In this document: piece by piece, positions 47,662 through 57,491 of the stretch | How positions within the stretch are numbered: position 1 is the first letter of the stretch | Layout: the number at the start of each line of letters is the position of its first letter | Assembly (NCBI GenBank): GCA_963719495.1 | Contig: CAVRCI010000009.1 | Coordinates: 32,001-96,000, forward strand | Length of the DNA: 64,000 nt | Source of the DNA: an uncultured Verrucomicrobiae bacterium | GTDB taxonomy: Bacteria > Verrucomicrobiota > Verrucomicrobiia > Chthoniobacterales > JAATET01 | Reading direction: 5' to 3' | The notes under the pieces: model-generated | Told to the model about the DNA's origin: nothing | The model's input: the letters and a program-made list of their open reading frames with translations, nothing else | Database searches by the model: none | Position numbers and translations under genes: made by a program

Positions 47662-48741
47662 ATGAGCCGAGATGGAATGAACTACCTCCCCGAGAGCCAG
47701 CCGGCTCCCGTTGTGAAACCGGGCGAATTCGTCTTCGCCGCGTCCCACTTCGACCACGGCCACATCTACGGTCAGGCCCGCGATCTGGCGAATGCGGGTG
47801 GGGTCTGCCGCTACATCTACGAGCCCCGCGAGGAAAAACTCGGCCCACTCGAGAGCCTGATCGATGCCGGCACGAAGGTCGTCGGTTCGTTCGACGAGAT
47901 CCTCGAGGATCCCGAAGTCGCCCTCGTGACCTCCGCCGCGATCCCCAGCGAGCGAGCCGCCATCGGTCTGCGCGTCCTCGATGCGGGCAAGGACTACTTC
48001 ACTGACAAATCACCCGTCACCACCCTCGACCAGCTCGAGTCCGTCCGCGCCAAGGTCGCCGCCACCGGCCGACGCTACATGGTCTGCTACTCCGAGCGGC
48101 TCTGCAACGAGTCGGCCTGGCAGGCGGGCGAGCTCATCCGCGAAGGAGCCATCGGTCGCGTCCTCCAGGTCCTGAACCTTGCGCCGCACAACCTGGCCGC
48201 CTCCAGTCGGCCGGATTGGTTTTTCGAAAAGGAACGCTACGGCGGCATTCTTACCGACATCGGCTCGCACCAATTCGAGCAATTCCTCACCTACGGAAGT
48301 GCCACCGACGCGACGATCAATTCCGCCCGCGTCGAGAATTTTGCCAACCCCGAGCACCCCGGCCTTGAGGATTTCGGCGAAGCTTCGCTCACCCTCGACT
48401 CCGGAGCCTCCGCCTACTGCCGCATCGATTGGTTCAACCCAAGGGCTTCGCGCACTTGGGGCGACGGCCGCACGTTCGTCCTTGGCACCGAGGGTTACCT
48501 CGAACTCCGCAAATACGTCGACGTCGCCCGCGAAGGCGATGGCGACGTGATTTTTCTCGTCAACGACGACGTCGAGACCGAGATCCCCTGCCGAGGCAAA
48601 GTCGGCTTCCCGTTCTTCGGTCAATTCATCCTCGACGTCCTGAATCGGACCGAAAATGCAATGACCCAGGCCCACGCCTTCAAAGCCGCCGAACTCTCGC
48701 TCCAAGCGCAGAAGCTGGCCGACGGTCACAGGAAGGGCTAA
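47662..48741 (+). CDS. Gfo/Idh/MocA family oxidoreductase (second)
   Basis: 'DHGHIYG', 'KDYFTDK', 'YGGILTDIGSHQ', 'WGDGR..VLGTEGYLE'. Confidence 0.92.
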   Translation: MSRDGMNYLPESQPAPVVKPGEFVFAASHFDHGHIYGQARDLANAGGVCRYIYEPREEKLGPLESLIDAGTKVVGSFDEILEDPEVALVTSAAIPSERAAIGLRVLDAGKDYFTDKSPVTTLDQLESVRAKVAATGRRYMVCYSERLCNESAWQAGELIREGAIGRVLQVLNLAPHNLAASSRPDWFFEKERYGGILTDIGSHQFEQFLTYGSATDATINSARVENFANPEHPGLEDFGEASLTLDSGASAYCRIDWFNPRASRTWGDGRTFVLGTEGYLELRKYVDVAREGDGDVIFLVNDDVETEIPCRGKVGFPFFGQFILDVLNRTENAMTQAHAFKAAELSLQAQKLADGHRKG

Positions 48742-49205
48742 TCCGCCGAGCCTCTTCGCACGACTTCTAAGATCGCGACACAACCAGCCGGCACGACGAG
48801 ATTCGTGATTCCGTCCCGGACCGGCCCCGGTGGCTCGGCCCGCTCCCGCGTCCAGCCGTCGTTTGCCTCCACCTTCCCGAGGTCCGCCACCACCCGCAAC
48901 GTGCGTAACGCGGCGTCACCCGATCGACGCTCGAGCGCCCGCGGATCGACGACGACCGGCTCGTCCCGGTCGAGCGATCGGTTCGCGAAGTGGACGTGGA
49001 CCTTACCCGGCGCGCGGGTCGCCAGCACGTCCAGCGTCGCGATTTTCGACCCGGGTCTGGCCCAGCCGACCTTGAAGGGACGCGCGCGGAAGCGAATACC
49101 GCTCATCGTCGTCTCGAGGAGTTCGTCTCCGCTGTGACGGTGGTAGAAATCGACGACCGCGCTCTGCGCGTTCATCACGACCGGGCCAACCCCGTCGCTT
49201 TGGTA
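48738..49205 (-). pseudogene. Orphan C-terminal beta-sandwich remnant of a glycoside hydrolase (GH51-like)
   Basis: 'LDVLAT...KVHVHFANRS...V' and terminal 'VPAGCVAILEV' resemble GH51 C-terminal domains. No catalytic domain or credible start. Confidence 0.4.
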
Positions 49206-49549
49206 ACGGCGGCCAGCGGGGGGGGGTTGGGGATTTAGACCGCTGCCCGGGCTCGGCGGCGAAAACCTGAGGCTCGCAAACCACACGCGGACGGAAAGAA
49301 CGCGGGACTGCATTTGAGATGCGCCGCGTAGTTTCTTCGTCATCGCGAAGACTCCCACCGGCGGACAAGTCGGGTCGTGGTCCGCAAGTTGACAATTCAT
49401 CGGGCCGTCGCCGATGGCCAGATTCGAGCGAATCGCGGCCGCGAATTGCTCGACCGACGTGGCGTCGAACGCCCCGCCGAACGTTCAGTGGTCGACGCAA
49501 ATGACGAGCCGCGGTGCGCCGGAGTCGGGTTCGCCGATCATCAGTGGGC

Positions 49550-49810
49550 CTAGATGCCCTTCGTCCGCCGAGCCTCGATGACCTCGGGCGCCAGGGACCA
49601 TTCGAGCAGCTTGTGATCGGCGAAATGCGGGGTGTCCATCGCCGCAGGGCGTTCGTTCTTCGGACATTCGGCGAGCTTTTTTTCGAAATGGTCGAACAGC
49701 CGCTGGAATTTGCATTCCTCGAAGACTGTGACCTTCGGCAGGACGTAGCCCTCGGGGCGGTAGGGTGTGACTTGCTCGGGAGTGATGCGGGGGTTGGAAA
49801 TGGTGCTCAT
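49550..49810 (-). pseudogene. Phytanoyl-CoA dioxygenase (PhyH) family N-terminal fragment
   Basis: 'ITPEQV..Y..EGYV', 'MDTPHF.D.KLLEW'. Stops after 86 aa, before the HxD iron motif. Confidence 0.7.
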
Positions 49811-49939
49811 TGGGGCGAACGGTAAGGGAATCCGATTGATCGGTTCGTTCTCCAGAGTGAAAAAATTATGCTCTGGTTTGATATTTAAGTCAGAAAGCTT
49901 CAAAAAAACACCCGCCTGAATAATCCCGAAGGCCACCCC

Positions 49940-51889
49940 ATGATCGAACTCGCCTCGCTCTTCCAAGACCACGCCGTGCTCCAGCGCGACACCCTCATTC
50001 CCTGCTGGGGCTGGACGCAACCCGACACCCTCGTCGTCGCCAAGCTCGGCCCGCACGCCGCGCAAACGCTCAGCAACGACCGGGGCGAATTTTTTCTCAA
50101 ATTCCCCGAAATGCCCGCGGGCGGACCCCACACGCTGCGCGTCGAGATATCCGCGACCGGCGAATCGCGCACGGTCGAGGACGTGCTCATCGGCGAAGTC
50201 TGGCTCGGCTCGGGGCAGTCGAACATGAGATGGAAAACCGCCGACTGCGGCCGCTACGTCGAGCAGCTGGCGGGCGACGCCGAGCATCCCGCGATCCGAC
50301 TCTTCACCGTCGGCAACCGCGATCACCTCGGTCGCCAGACGACCTGCGATGGCGAGTGGCAACTCTGCACCCGTGAGTCCGCGCTCGAGTTCTCCGCAGT
50401 GGCGTTCTCGTTCGCGCGAACGATCCACCAGCAGCTCGCGGTGCCCGTCGGCATCATCTGCAGCGCGTGGGGCGGCACGCGGATCGAGACGTGGATCAGC
50501 GAAGCGGGACTCTCGCAAATCCCGGGGCTCGAACCCGCGCTCCGCGACTACGCCCGGCTCGCCCACTCGCCCGAGCGCTGGGCGCGAATGGACGAGGCCA
50601 ACGCGGACGGCCTGATCTCCAATCTGCCCATCGACGCGGGCAACTGCGGGCTCGAAAACCGCTGGGCGGCCGCGAATTTTGCGGACGACGATTGGCCCAC
50701 GATGGACCTGCCCTGCCGTTGGCAAAACGCGGGCCACGAGCACTCCGGCGTTTTTTGGTTCCGCAAGACCGTGAGGATTCCCGCGTCCTGGGTCGGACGC
50801 GCGCTCACCCTCGACCTCGGCTGCATCGACAAGCTCGACGTCAGTTACGTCAACGGCCGCGAGATCGCACGGACCGGTGCCGATCACGATAGTTCGTTCT
50901 GGAGCGTCGAGCGCAGCTACCCGGTTCCGGCCACCCTCGCGGCGGACAACGAACTCGCCCTCGCCATCCGCGTCGTCTCGTTCAGCGGCGACGGCGGACT
51001 CACCGGCCCCGCCCCGGCCATGCGCCTGCACCCGGCCGACGCACCCGACGACGCGATCTCACTGGCGGGCCAATGGCGATACGCCGTCGAGCAGAACTAC
51101 GGCGTGGTCGACGCCGAACACCTACCCGGCCACCGCAACCCCAACTCCTTCCACCTCCTCTTCGACAACAAGATCTCGCCGCTCGTCCCCTACGCGCTCC
51201 GGGGATTCCTTTGGTATCAGGGCGAATCGAACGCCGCCCAAGCGGCCCAATACGCCACGCTCCAATCCGCGCTCATCGCCGACTGGCGGCGCGCCTGGGC
51301 CCGGCCCGGTCTGCCGTTCAACCTCGTGCAACTCCCGAACTTCGGCGCGCCCGAAGGCTACTCTCCGCACGGCCACTGGCCGAGACTGCGCGCGGCCCAG
51401 GCCGAGGCGGCGGAGCAGCCAAACGTCGGTCTCGCCATCACGCTCGACCTCGGCGACCCGCTCGACATCCATCCCCACGACAAAGCGCCCGTCGGCGAAC
51501 GCCTAGCGCGCATCGCCCTCGCCGACACCTACGGGATGAACATCCGCGCAGACGGTCCGGTGCTCGAGAGCGTCACCCGAAACGGCGGCTCCATCCGCTG
51601 CGCCTTCGCGAACGTCGGCGACAGTCTCCGTTGCCGGGGAGGCGGGACGCTGGAAAACTTTTTCATCGCCGGGAGCGATGGTGATTTCCGGCCCGCCGAA
51701 GCTATCATCGAAGGCACCACGGTCGTCGTCGCCAACCCGTCGATCCCCGAGCCGGAGCAAGTCGCTTACGCCTGGTCCGACTCCCCCCTCCCCGGCCTAC
51801 TCGTCGACGCCGAGGGCCTCCCCGCCGCGCCGTTCCAGCGGCGGATTTCGGATTCTCACGCGAAGCCCCGAAGCCGCGAAGGGATCTGA
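49940..51889 (+). CDS. Sialate O-acetylesterase (SASA/SGNH) with inserted beta-sandwich domain
   Basis: 'GEVWLGSGQSNM', 'FSAVAF', 'WGGTRIETW', 'LWYQGESN', 'DIHP..K..VGERLA'. Confidence 0.93.
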   Translation: MIELASLFQDHAVLQRDTLIPCWGWTQPDTLVVAKLGPHAAQTLSNDRGEFFLKFPEMPAGGPHTLRVEISATGESRTVEDVLIGEVWLGSGQSNMRWKTADCGRYVEQLAGDAEHPAIRLFTVGNRDHLGRQTTCDGEWQLCTRESALEFSAVAFSFARTIHQQLAVPVGIICSAWGGTRIETWISEAGLSQIPGLEPALRDYARLAHSPERWARMDEANADGLISNLPIDAGNCGLENRWAAANFADDDWPTMDLPCRWQNAGHEHSGVFWFRKTVRIPASWVGRALTLDLGCIDKLDVSYVNGREIARTGADHDSSFWSVERSYPVPATLAADNELALAIRVVSFSGDGGLTGPAPAMRLHPADAPDDAISLAGQWRYAVEQNYGVVDAEHLPGHRNPNSFHLLFDNKISPLVPYALRGFLWYQGESNAAQAAQYATLQSALIADWRRAWARPGLPFNLVQLPNFGAPEGYSPHGHWPRLRAAQAEAAEQPNVGLAITLDLGDPLDIHPHDKAPVGERLARIALADTYGMNIRADGPVLESVTRNGGSIRCAFANVGDSLRCRGGGTLENFFIAGSDGDFRPAEAIIEGTTVVVANPSIPEPEQVAYAWSDSPLPGLLVDAEGLPAAPFQRRISDSHAKPRSREGI

Positions 51890-51929
51890 TACCAAGCGCA
51901 TTCTTCGCGCCATCGCGCCTTCGCGTGAG
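51855..51929. repeat. 27-bp inverted repeat built from CGCGAAG-containing octamers
   Basis: 51855-51881 versus 51903-51929, 23/27 complementary. The left arm overlaps the last codons of the esterase gene. Confidence 0.7.
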
Positions 51930-52268
51930 CCTAATAATTTCCGGCCAGCGGCCTCGCACTTCGCACTTGAGATCGATGACCACGCTGTCCGACCCGGCGC
52001 GCCCGACGGTGCCGGGCACCGCCGCCCGGGCGGAGTCGCCCGCGGACAGGAGAAGATTCCCGGATTCGACCGCGAACGAAACGGCGTCGGATTTCCGCAC
52101 GATTCGCAGCTCGACGCTCGCGTCCTCCACGCCGGGGTTTTCGACCCACACGTCAAATTCGAAGGCGCTTCCGGACTGATCCAATGCCAAACCGCGCGGC
52201 AGGGCGCGGGCGATCCCCCGGTCGCCGACGCCGGCGTAGGAACGCCCGGCTTTGCGAATCACCGGGGC

Positions 52269-52472
52269 GAACTCGCCGAGAACGGGGATCGTCCGCAGCG
52301 CCCGAAAAATCCCCCCCACCCCGAGCGTGTCCCCGATGGTCTGCTGGAGGCCGTGTTTCTTCGGGATCTCGAAATCACGCACCGTCGAGGGTTTGAAACC
52401 CCCGACCTGGATCGCGCGGATCACGTATTTGGCGTCCCGGATGGCGGCGCGCCGGTCGAGCGTGGATCCGAT
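52269..52472 (-). pseudogene. Internal fragment of a GH4 alpha-galactosidase/glucosidase (MelA-like)
   Basis: 'DRRAAIRDAKYVI..IQVGG...DFEIPKKHGLQQTIGDTLGVGGIFRALRTIPVL' is the GH4 signature. Only about 68 codons remain. Confidence 0.85.
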
Positions 52473-53128
52473 CAGTCGCCGAGACGACGCAGCCGTTCCT
52501 TCCAACGGGGATCGCCGGCGTCGGCGTCGTATTCCGCCTGCCGCCGCGCGACGGCCGGACGAATGATCTCGGTCCGCACGTCGATGTCGTCCTCGAAGAT
52601 CTCCCGCCACAAGACTTGCGTCTGCGTCGTGTAGTCGGACCCGCTCTCCTCGTCGAAGTTCGGCCGATAAAGGTCCACCGCCAGTTGCAGGTGGCGCTTG
52701 AATTCCTCGGCGGTCGGGTGGCCGGTCTTCCGAATGACGAGGCGGAAGGCCTCCAGGTCCTTCTCCTCAAGCCGACCGATCTTGCTCGTGAGAATGTCCC
52801 ACGCATGCGGAAAAACGAACGTGTGGCTGCGCCGGAGCTCCCGGTGCGCCCGCTCCTCCCAGCCGAGCGCGGTGCGAAAAACGAGCCGGTCGCAGACTTG
52901 GAATTCGAGATCCACCCGTTCGTCGGCGTAGCGCAAGGGTCGGGCGGCCTTCGCGATCTCATCATCGCCGATCACGTCAACGTCGCGGCTGAGAAAAGCC
53001 GGTTCGAGCGTCACCTGCAGCACACCGCTGCCGAATACGACAACCGTGCGGGGTGGCTCGGACGGCAGCGCCTCAGCGAGCTGATCCAATAGGTTCCCGG
53101 CGGGTGATGCCCAGGTGATGGACGTCAT
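52472..53128 (-). CDS. DUF6036-like nucleotidyltransferase-fold protein
   Basis: 'VVVFGSGVL...SRDVDVI' (GS...DxD), 'GWEERA', 'DILTSKIGR..EKDL'. Confidence 0.72.
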   Translation of the reverse strand: MTSITWASPAGNLLDQLAEALPSEPPRTVVVFGSGVLQVTLEPAFLSRDVDVIGDDEIAKAARPLRYADERVDLEFQVCDRLVFRTALGWEERAHRELRRSHTFVFPHAWDILTSKIGRLEEKDLEAFRLVIRKTGHPTAEEFKRHLQLAVDLYRPNFDEESGSDYTTQTQVLWREIFEDDIDVRTEIIRPAVARRQAEYDADAGDPRWKERLRRLGD

Positions 53129-53315
53129 AAGAATCAATTCCTTCGAAGGCTTGTTTGATCAACCGCGGCGTCACGGCCAGATCGTGACCGAGGATGCGCC
53201 CGACGCGCACGTCCCGCGGAGTCAGCGTCCCGCGGTCCTCGCGCAGGAGAATCCGCGCGGCAATGCGCGACTTCCGCCACGCCCGCGCGATTTGTTTGGT
53301 CTCGACCCGGGTCAT
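53073..53315 (-). CDS. Small basic hypothetical protein overlapping the start of the nucleotidyltransferase gene
   Basis: 80-aa ORF from ATG 53315, same strand, overlapping the downstream gene. No family recognised. Confidence 0.45.
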   Translation of the reverse strand: MTRVETKQIARAWRKSRIAARILLREDRGTLTPRDVRVGRILGHDLAVTPRLIKQAFEGIDSYDVHHLGITRREPIGSAR

Positions 53316-53500
53316 CGCTGGCAAACCTAGCGCTGGTAGCACCGGGCCTCAAGGAGCAACGCCGCGGGTTGTGGTCGCGAAAGCGGGCAGAGAAAGCGAG
53401 GGAACACGCGGCGCGAAGTTCCCTACCCAAGTGGGTGGGGCTGGTCGCGCCGCGCCAGCCGACTTCTTCCGCGGTGGCAGCTCCCGCTTCGCCACCGGAG

Positions 53501-55234
53501 TCACCCACCAAGGCGCTGGGAGCGTCGGCCCGCCCACACGAGCAGAGCGCCGACGGCCAGGACGAAGGCGCTGAGCGCAAGGATCACGAGCCGTCCCTCG
53601 GTCGGATTGGGCAGCACCAGAAGCAGCAGGGTAAAAGCGCCGAGAATAAAGGTCACTCGACCGACGAGCCTCGCCTGGATGCTGTCCTTCGACTCGCCGA
53701 TCTCGGCCGCAAAGTCGACCGCGGTCGCCATTTTTTCGAAGAGCGCCCGCTCGCGATCGCGTTGCGCGATGCCCTGAAAACGGGCGAGCGGAATGGAGAC
53801 GAGTGAACCGAGCAGCGCGAACCCGAGCACCCAAGCACCTCGCTCCTGGATCGTCCACTCGTCGCCCGTGACGCGGGCGTCGAGGAACGAGTAGACGGAC
53901 GGGAGCAACGCCGTCCCGGAGATCACGAAATACGACCACGTCGGCAATCGGCGAACGATGAGACCCACCACGAGCGGCATCAGGATCGGCGTGCCGATGA
54001 CCGAGCCGATGAGCAGAAACGTGTCGAAGAGCGCGACTTTTTCCTGACCGGCCAGCAGCAGGCTCATACCGATGACGGTCAGCCCCAGCGCGGTGCTGAT
54101 CAGCCGACAGAGTCGAACGAGAGCGCGGTCTCCGAGCGGTGGGCGGCGGGTCGCCTCGCGGATGCGGGCGATGAGGTTGTTCACGATGATGCCGGTCTGG
54201 CCATTGATGCCGGTGTCCATGCTGCTCATCGTCGCGGCGAACATGGCGGCGATCATGATCCCCATCAGCCCGTTCGGCAGCACGTGCGCGGCGACAACGG
54301 CGTAGGCTCCGGTCGCCGGATCGTTGCCGCCGAGCGCCAACACTTCGTCCGCGTAGAGGAACCGCGCCACCATCGGCGGGATGAACCAGACCGTGCAACC
54401 GATCGCCATCAGGCCGAACGACCACCAGGCGGCGCGAGAGGCTTCGCGTCCATCCTTGACCGACAGATACGGCCCGGCGCTGCCGATGCTCGTGAGGCCA
54501 ACGAGCTGCATGACGAAGATGACGACCGCCCACTGCCACGTGTATTTGTTGTCGGCATATTCACCCTCGGGCTTAATCAAGCGGTAAGCCTCGCTCAGCT
54601 CGGGAGCGTTGTAGTGAGCAATGAGCCCGCTCACGCCTCCCACCTCGCGCAGGGCAAGAAAACCGACGATGAGGGTAATTCCAAAGAGGACGATCCCCTG
54701 GACGACGTCGGTCGCCATCACGGCCCAGCGGCCACCGCTCACCGAGTAGAACAGCACGATCAAACCAACGACGACGATGACGCCCCGCAGCGGGAGGCCG
54801 AACGTCGAACTGACGAAAATCGCCAACGCCCAGAGTTGGATCGCCGACGAGAGCGGCCCTAGAACGAGGCCCGCGAAAACGGAAAACTGCTCGACCGGCG
54901 TGCCGAATCGCTCGCGGATGATGTCCATCGGCGTGTAGGCCCGCGATTGGCGAAACCACCGCGCGAGGAATAACCCGCCGATGGCGAGGGCCGACAAGTT
55001 CGCCAGGTAGATGACGAGCGGGGTGAGCCCGGCGTTGAAGACGGCGGACCCGTTGCCCGTGAACGTAAAAGCACTGATCCCCGCCATCGTCGTGCTCGTG
55101 CCGACCATCCACCACGAACCCTGCGCCCCACCCCGGACGAAGTCGCTGAGGTTCCGGTTGAACCGCGAGAAGACCCCGCCCAGCACAAGGAGAAAGACCA
55201 GGTAGACGGCGAGAGTGGCGGATTCGATGAGCAT
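53501..55234 (-). CDS. Sodium:solute symporter (SSS) family transporter
   Basis: 'WWMVGTS...SAFTFTG', 'ERFG', 'GGRWAVMATDVVQ', 'AAMFAATMSSMD'. Confidence 0.93.
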   Translation of the reverse strand: MLIESATLAVYLVFLLVLGGVFSRFNRNLSDFVRGGAQGSWWMVGTSTTMAGISAFTFTGNGSAVFNAGLTPLVIYLANLSALAIGGLFLARWFRQSRAYTPMDIIRERFGTPVEQFSVFAGLVLGPLSSAIQLWALAIFVSSTFGLPLRGVIVVVGLIVLFYSVSGGRWAVMATDVVQGIVLFGITLIVGFLALREVGGVSGLIAHYNAPELSEAYRLIKPEGEYADNKYTWQWAVVIFVMQLVGLTSIGSAGPYLSVKDGREASRAAWWSFGLMAIGCTVWFIPPMVARFLYADEVLALGGNDPATGAYAVVAAHVLPNGLMGIMIAAMFAATMSSMDTGINGQTGIIVNNLIARIREATRRPPLGDRALVRLCRLISTALGLTVIGMSLLLAGQEKVALFDTFLLIGSVIGTPILMPLVVGLIVRRLPTWSYFVISGTALLPSVYSFLDARVTGDEWTIQERGAWVLGFALLGSLVSIPLARFQGIAQRDRERALFEKMATAVDFAAEIGESKDSIQARLVGRVTFILGAFTLLLLVLPNPTEGRLVILALSAFVLAVGALLVWAGRRSQRLGG

Positions 55235-55255
55235 GGCGGCGGTGGTCGGGACGGC

Positions 55256-55290
55256 AAAAAGGCGATCGGAGGATCATCTCCGACCGCCTT
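55256..55290 (-). terminator. Putative intrinsic terminator between the PEP-CTERM gene and the SSS gene
   Basis: Minus strand reads AAGGCGGTCGGAG-ATGATC-CTCCGATCGCC-TTTTT. Confidence 0.65.
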
Positions 55291-55314
55291 GGAAGGGGGC
55301 AAATTCCTCAGCCG

Positions 55315-56106
55315 TTACGCGCGGCGGCGACGTCTGAAAGCGAGGAGCGCGAGGCCTCCGGCGACCAACGCGCCGACGGTGCTCGGCTCGGGCACGGCGG
55401 CCAAGCTGACGTTATCGAACGACAGCTGCCGATAATTTAGCGCACCAGAATTCCCCGCCGCGACTTGGAAGGATTCGAAACTCGTGCTCGTCGTCGAGTT
55501 GAAGCCAATCGTGGATCCCTGCGAGACCCCGTTCACCGTCAGCGAATACTGCGACGTGTCGAAGTTGATCGCGCCGGAGATCGAGAAGAACCCCGTGACG
55601 TCGTCGAGATCGAAACTCCCCGAGCCATTCGACGCGTTCGTCGCGGACGTGCCGTCGAAGTATTGCAGCCGGCCGTTGTCGAAGATCTGGAGTCGGATCG
55701 CCGTGCCACTGGCCGCGTCGCCCCCGGCGATGCGGATGGTGGCGGATGTCGCGAAATCACTCGTCCCCGGGTTGTTGTCCGAGCGAAGGTCGAACGAGAA
55801 ATTGTAGATTCCGCTGGCCGCGTTCGTTCCGCCGAGGTCCGCAGCGCTCGGCGTGAACGTGTTCGTGATGAAGTTCGCCGGATCGCTGGCGGGCGTCTGG
55901 GCGATCTGATTCCCGGCGTCGTCGACGACGCCAAGCCAAAGACCCGAGCCGGACCACTGGGTGCCGGTCGTGGGTTCGCCGGACAACGCGCCGACCGAGT
56001 AACCCTCCCCGGATTCGAAACCGATCAGGATCGCGTGGGCGCTCGGAAGGAAGCTGGTGGCAAGGAGGGTGGTAAGAAGTGCGGGGGTGAGGAGGTGTTT
56101 TTTCAT
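55315..56106 (-). CDS. PEP-CTERM sorting domain protein (beta-sandwich-like body)
   Basis: Signal peptide 'MKKHLL...SAHA', C-terminal 'VPEPST' + TM + 'RRRRR'. Confidence 0.92.
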   Translation of the reverse strand: MKKHLLTPALLTTLLATSFLPSAHAILIGFESGEGYSVGALSGEPTTGTQWSGSGLWLGVVDDAGNQIAQTPASDPANFITNTFTPSAADLGGTNAASGIYNFSFDLRSDNNPGTSDFATSATIRIAGGDAASGTAIRLQIFDNGRLQYFDGTSATNASNGSGSFDLDDVTGFFSISGAINFDTSQYSLTVNGVSQGSTIGFNSTTSTSFESFQVAAGNSGALNYRQLSFDNVSLAAVPEPSTVGALVAGGLALLAFRRRRRA

Positions 56107-56283
56107 GGGAGGAGTATTTCTTTTCAAATAACGCAAAGCAGGCTTGGTCGTCAACAAAAAATTCGTTTCTCACACGCGCGATCGCGGATTTGATTTCCAG
56201 CCGCGAGAATCGCGATTTTTAACCGCTTCGGCAGCGGACTGCGAATCGCTTGCCTTTTTGGCCTCAATCAACCTCCCGCCAAC

Positions 56284-56300
56284 TTATTGAATAACAAATA
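56284..56300 (+). promoter_or_regulatory. Candidate operator TTATTGAATAACAAATA (copy 1)
   Basis: Exact 17-nt match to 57469-57485, AT-rich in a GC-rich background, with a TTATT-N-AATAA palindrome. Confidence 0.6.
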
Positions 56301-56401
56301 CAAACCGCTTGACCGCCGGCACCCCGTTGATACGCTCCCCCTCGACGGCGCACCATGCGCGGTCCTACACCCCAAAAATAATCAGTCACCCCCGTATCCC
56401 C

Positions 56402-57193
56402 ATGAAACGACCAATCCCCCTCCCACTCATCGCCCTCCTGGGCTTCACGCCGATCCTGGCCCAAGCCTTCACGACCAGCTTCGAAGCCGGTGAAGGCTAC
56501 ACCGCCGGCGAGCTAGTCGGACAACCTTCCTCCGGCACGACCTGGGGAGGAACGAGCGGCATCGCGACCGTCGTCACCAGCGGGGGCAATCCCAACGGCC
56601 ACGTGAGCCTGGTTGGAGTTTCGTCCGACTTGTCACCCGTCAATTTTGCCCCAACCGACCTGGACTTGGGGGGTGCCACGTTCCCGCAGAGCATCAACTT
56701 CAGCTTCGACATCCGGAACGATAGTTTCGACGGAGGAGGCGACGACTTATTGGGGCGAATCGTCGTCCTGCGGGACGCGGCGGCACCGAACCGGAGCCGC
56801 TCGCTGCGGTTGTCGCTGAACGTGAACGGAACCGTCGAAGTCGTTAGCGACACGTTCGTCGGCGGCTCGCTGAACGTCATGGCCTTCGGCGACGCCACGT
56901 CGTTCAGCAACTTCAGCGGCACGCTGAACTTCGCGGACCAAACGAGCACGCTCTCGATCAATGGTGCGGCCGTGAACGGCGGCAGCCCCTTCAACTTCAA
57001 CGTTCAATCCGGCACCGGCTCGGACGCCTACGGATTCTTCGAAGCGAACGTCGCGGGCGTCGGCAACACGTATTCGCTCGATAACCTCTCGCTCACGGCC
57101 GTTCCAGAACCCGGCACCGCCGGTATCTTCCTCGGTGGACTCGCCGCGCTGCTCGCCTTCCGACGCCTGCGCAGCCGCAAGACCGCCGCGTAA
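56402..57193 (+). CDS. PEP-CTERM sorting domain protein (paralog of 55315..56106)
   Basis: Signal peptide, 'FEAGEGYTAGEL.GQP', C-terminal 'VPEPGT' + TM + 'RRLRSRK'. Confidence 0.92.
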   Translation: MKRPIPLPLIALLGFTPILAQAFTTSFEAGEGYTAGELVGQPSSGTTWGGTSGIATVVTSGGNPNGHVSLVGVSSDLSPVNFAPTDLDLGGATFPQSINFSFDIRNDSFDGGGDDLLGRIVVLRDAAAPNRSRSLRLSLNVNGTVEVVSDTFVGGSLNVMAFGDATSFSNFSGTLNFADQTSTLSINGAAVNGGSPFNFNVQSGTGSDAYGFFEANVAGVGNTYSLDNLSLTAVPEPGTAGIFLGGLAALLAFRRLRSRKTAA

Positions 57194-57341
57194 TTCGCCT
57201 CCACTCGATTCCGATCCTCCGCCGCACTGGGAAAACGCGCGGCGCGAGGGCTGGCCCGCGGGGTCGGATCTCCCAAACGCTTAAAACCTCCTCATCCCAA
57301 CGTCCCCTCGGAATCTGCACGAGATCAGACGACCGTGGCAG

Positions 57342-57383
57342 CGGCTTCCAGCCGATTACCAAGCCAAAATCGGCTGGAAACCG
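57342..57383. repeat. REP-like inverted repeat
   Basis: CGGCTTCCAGCCGATT / AATCGGCTGGAAACCG, 15/16 complementary. The CTTCCAGCCG core also occurs near 590, 36880 and 41262. Confidence 0.55.
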
Positions 57384-57468
57384 ATTCAGCTCGACACGCC
57401 ACAGCGCTCAAATAATCCCCGATCCGCAAGATTGGGTTGAATTCATCTCCGGGTCGCGTATTCTTCGT

Positions 57469-57485
57469 TTATTGAATAACAAATA
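57469..57485 (+). promoter_or_regulatory. Candidate operator TTATTGAATAACAAATA (copy 2)
   Basis: Ends 6 nt before the ATG of the prepilin-like gene. Identical to 56284-56300. Confidence 0.6.
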
Positions 57486-57491
57486 ACCTCC

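Noticed and set aside
51705..52610. 301-aa ORF as a real novel gene
   Set aside because: It is a chance in-frame chain of an alternative frame of the upstream gene, a GH4 fragment and unrelated remnant sequence.
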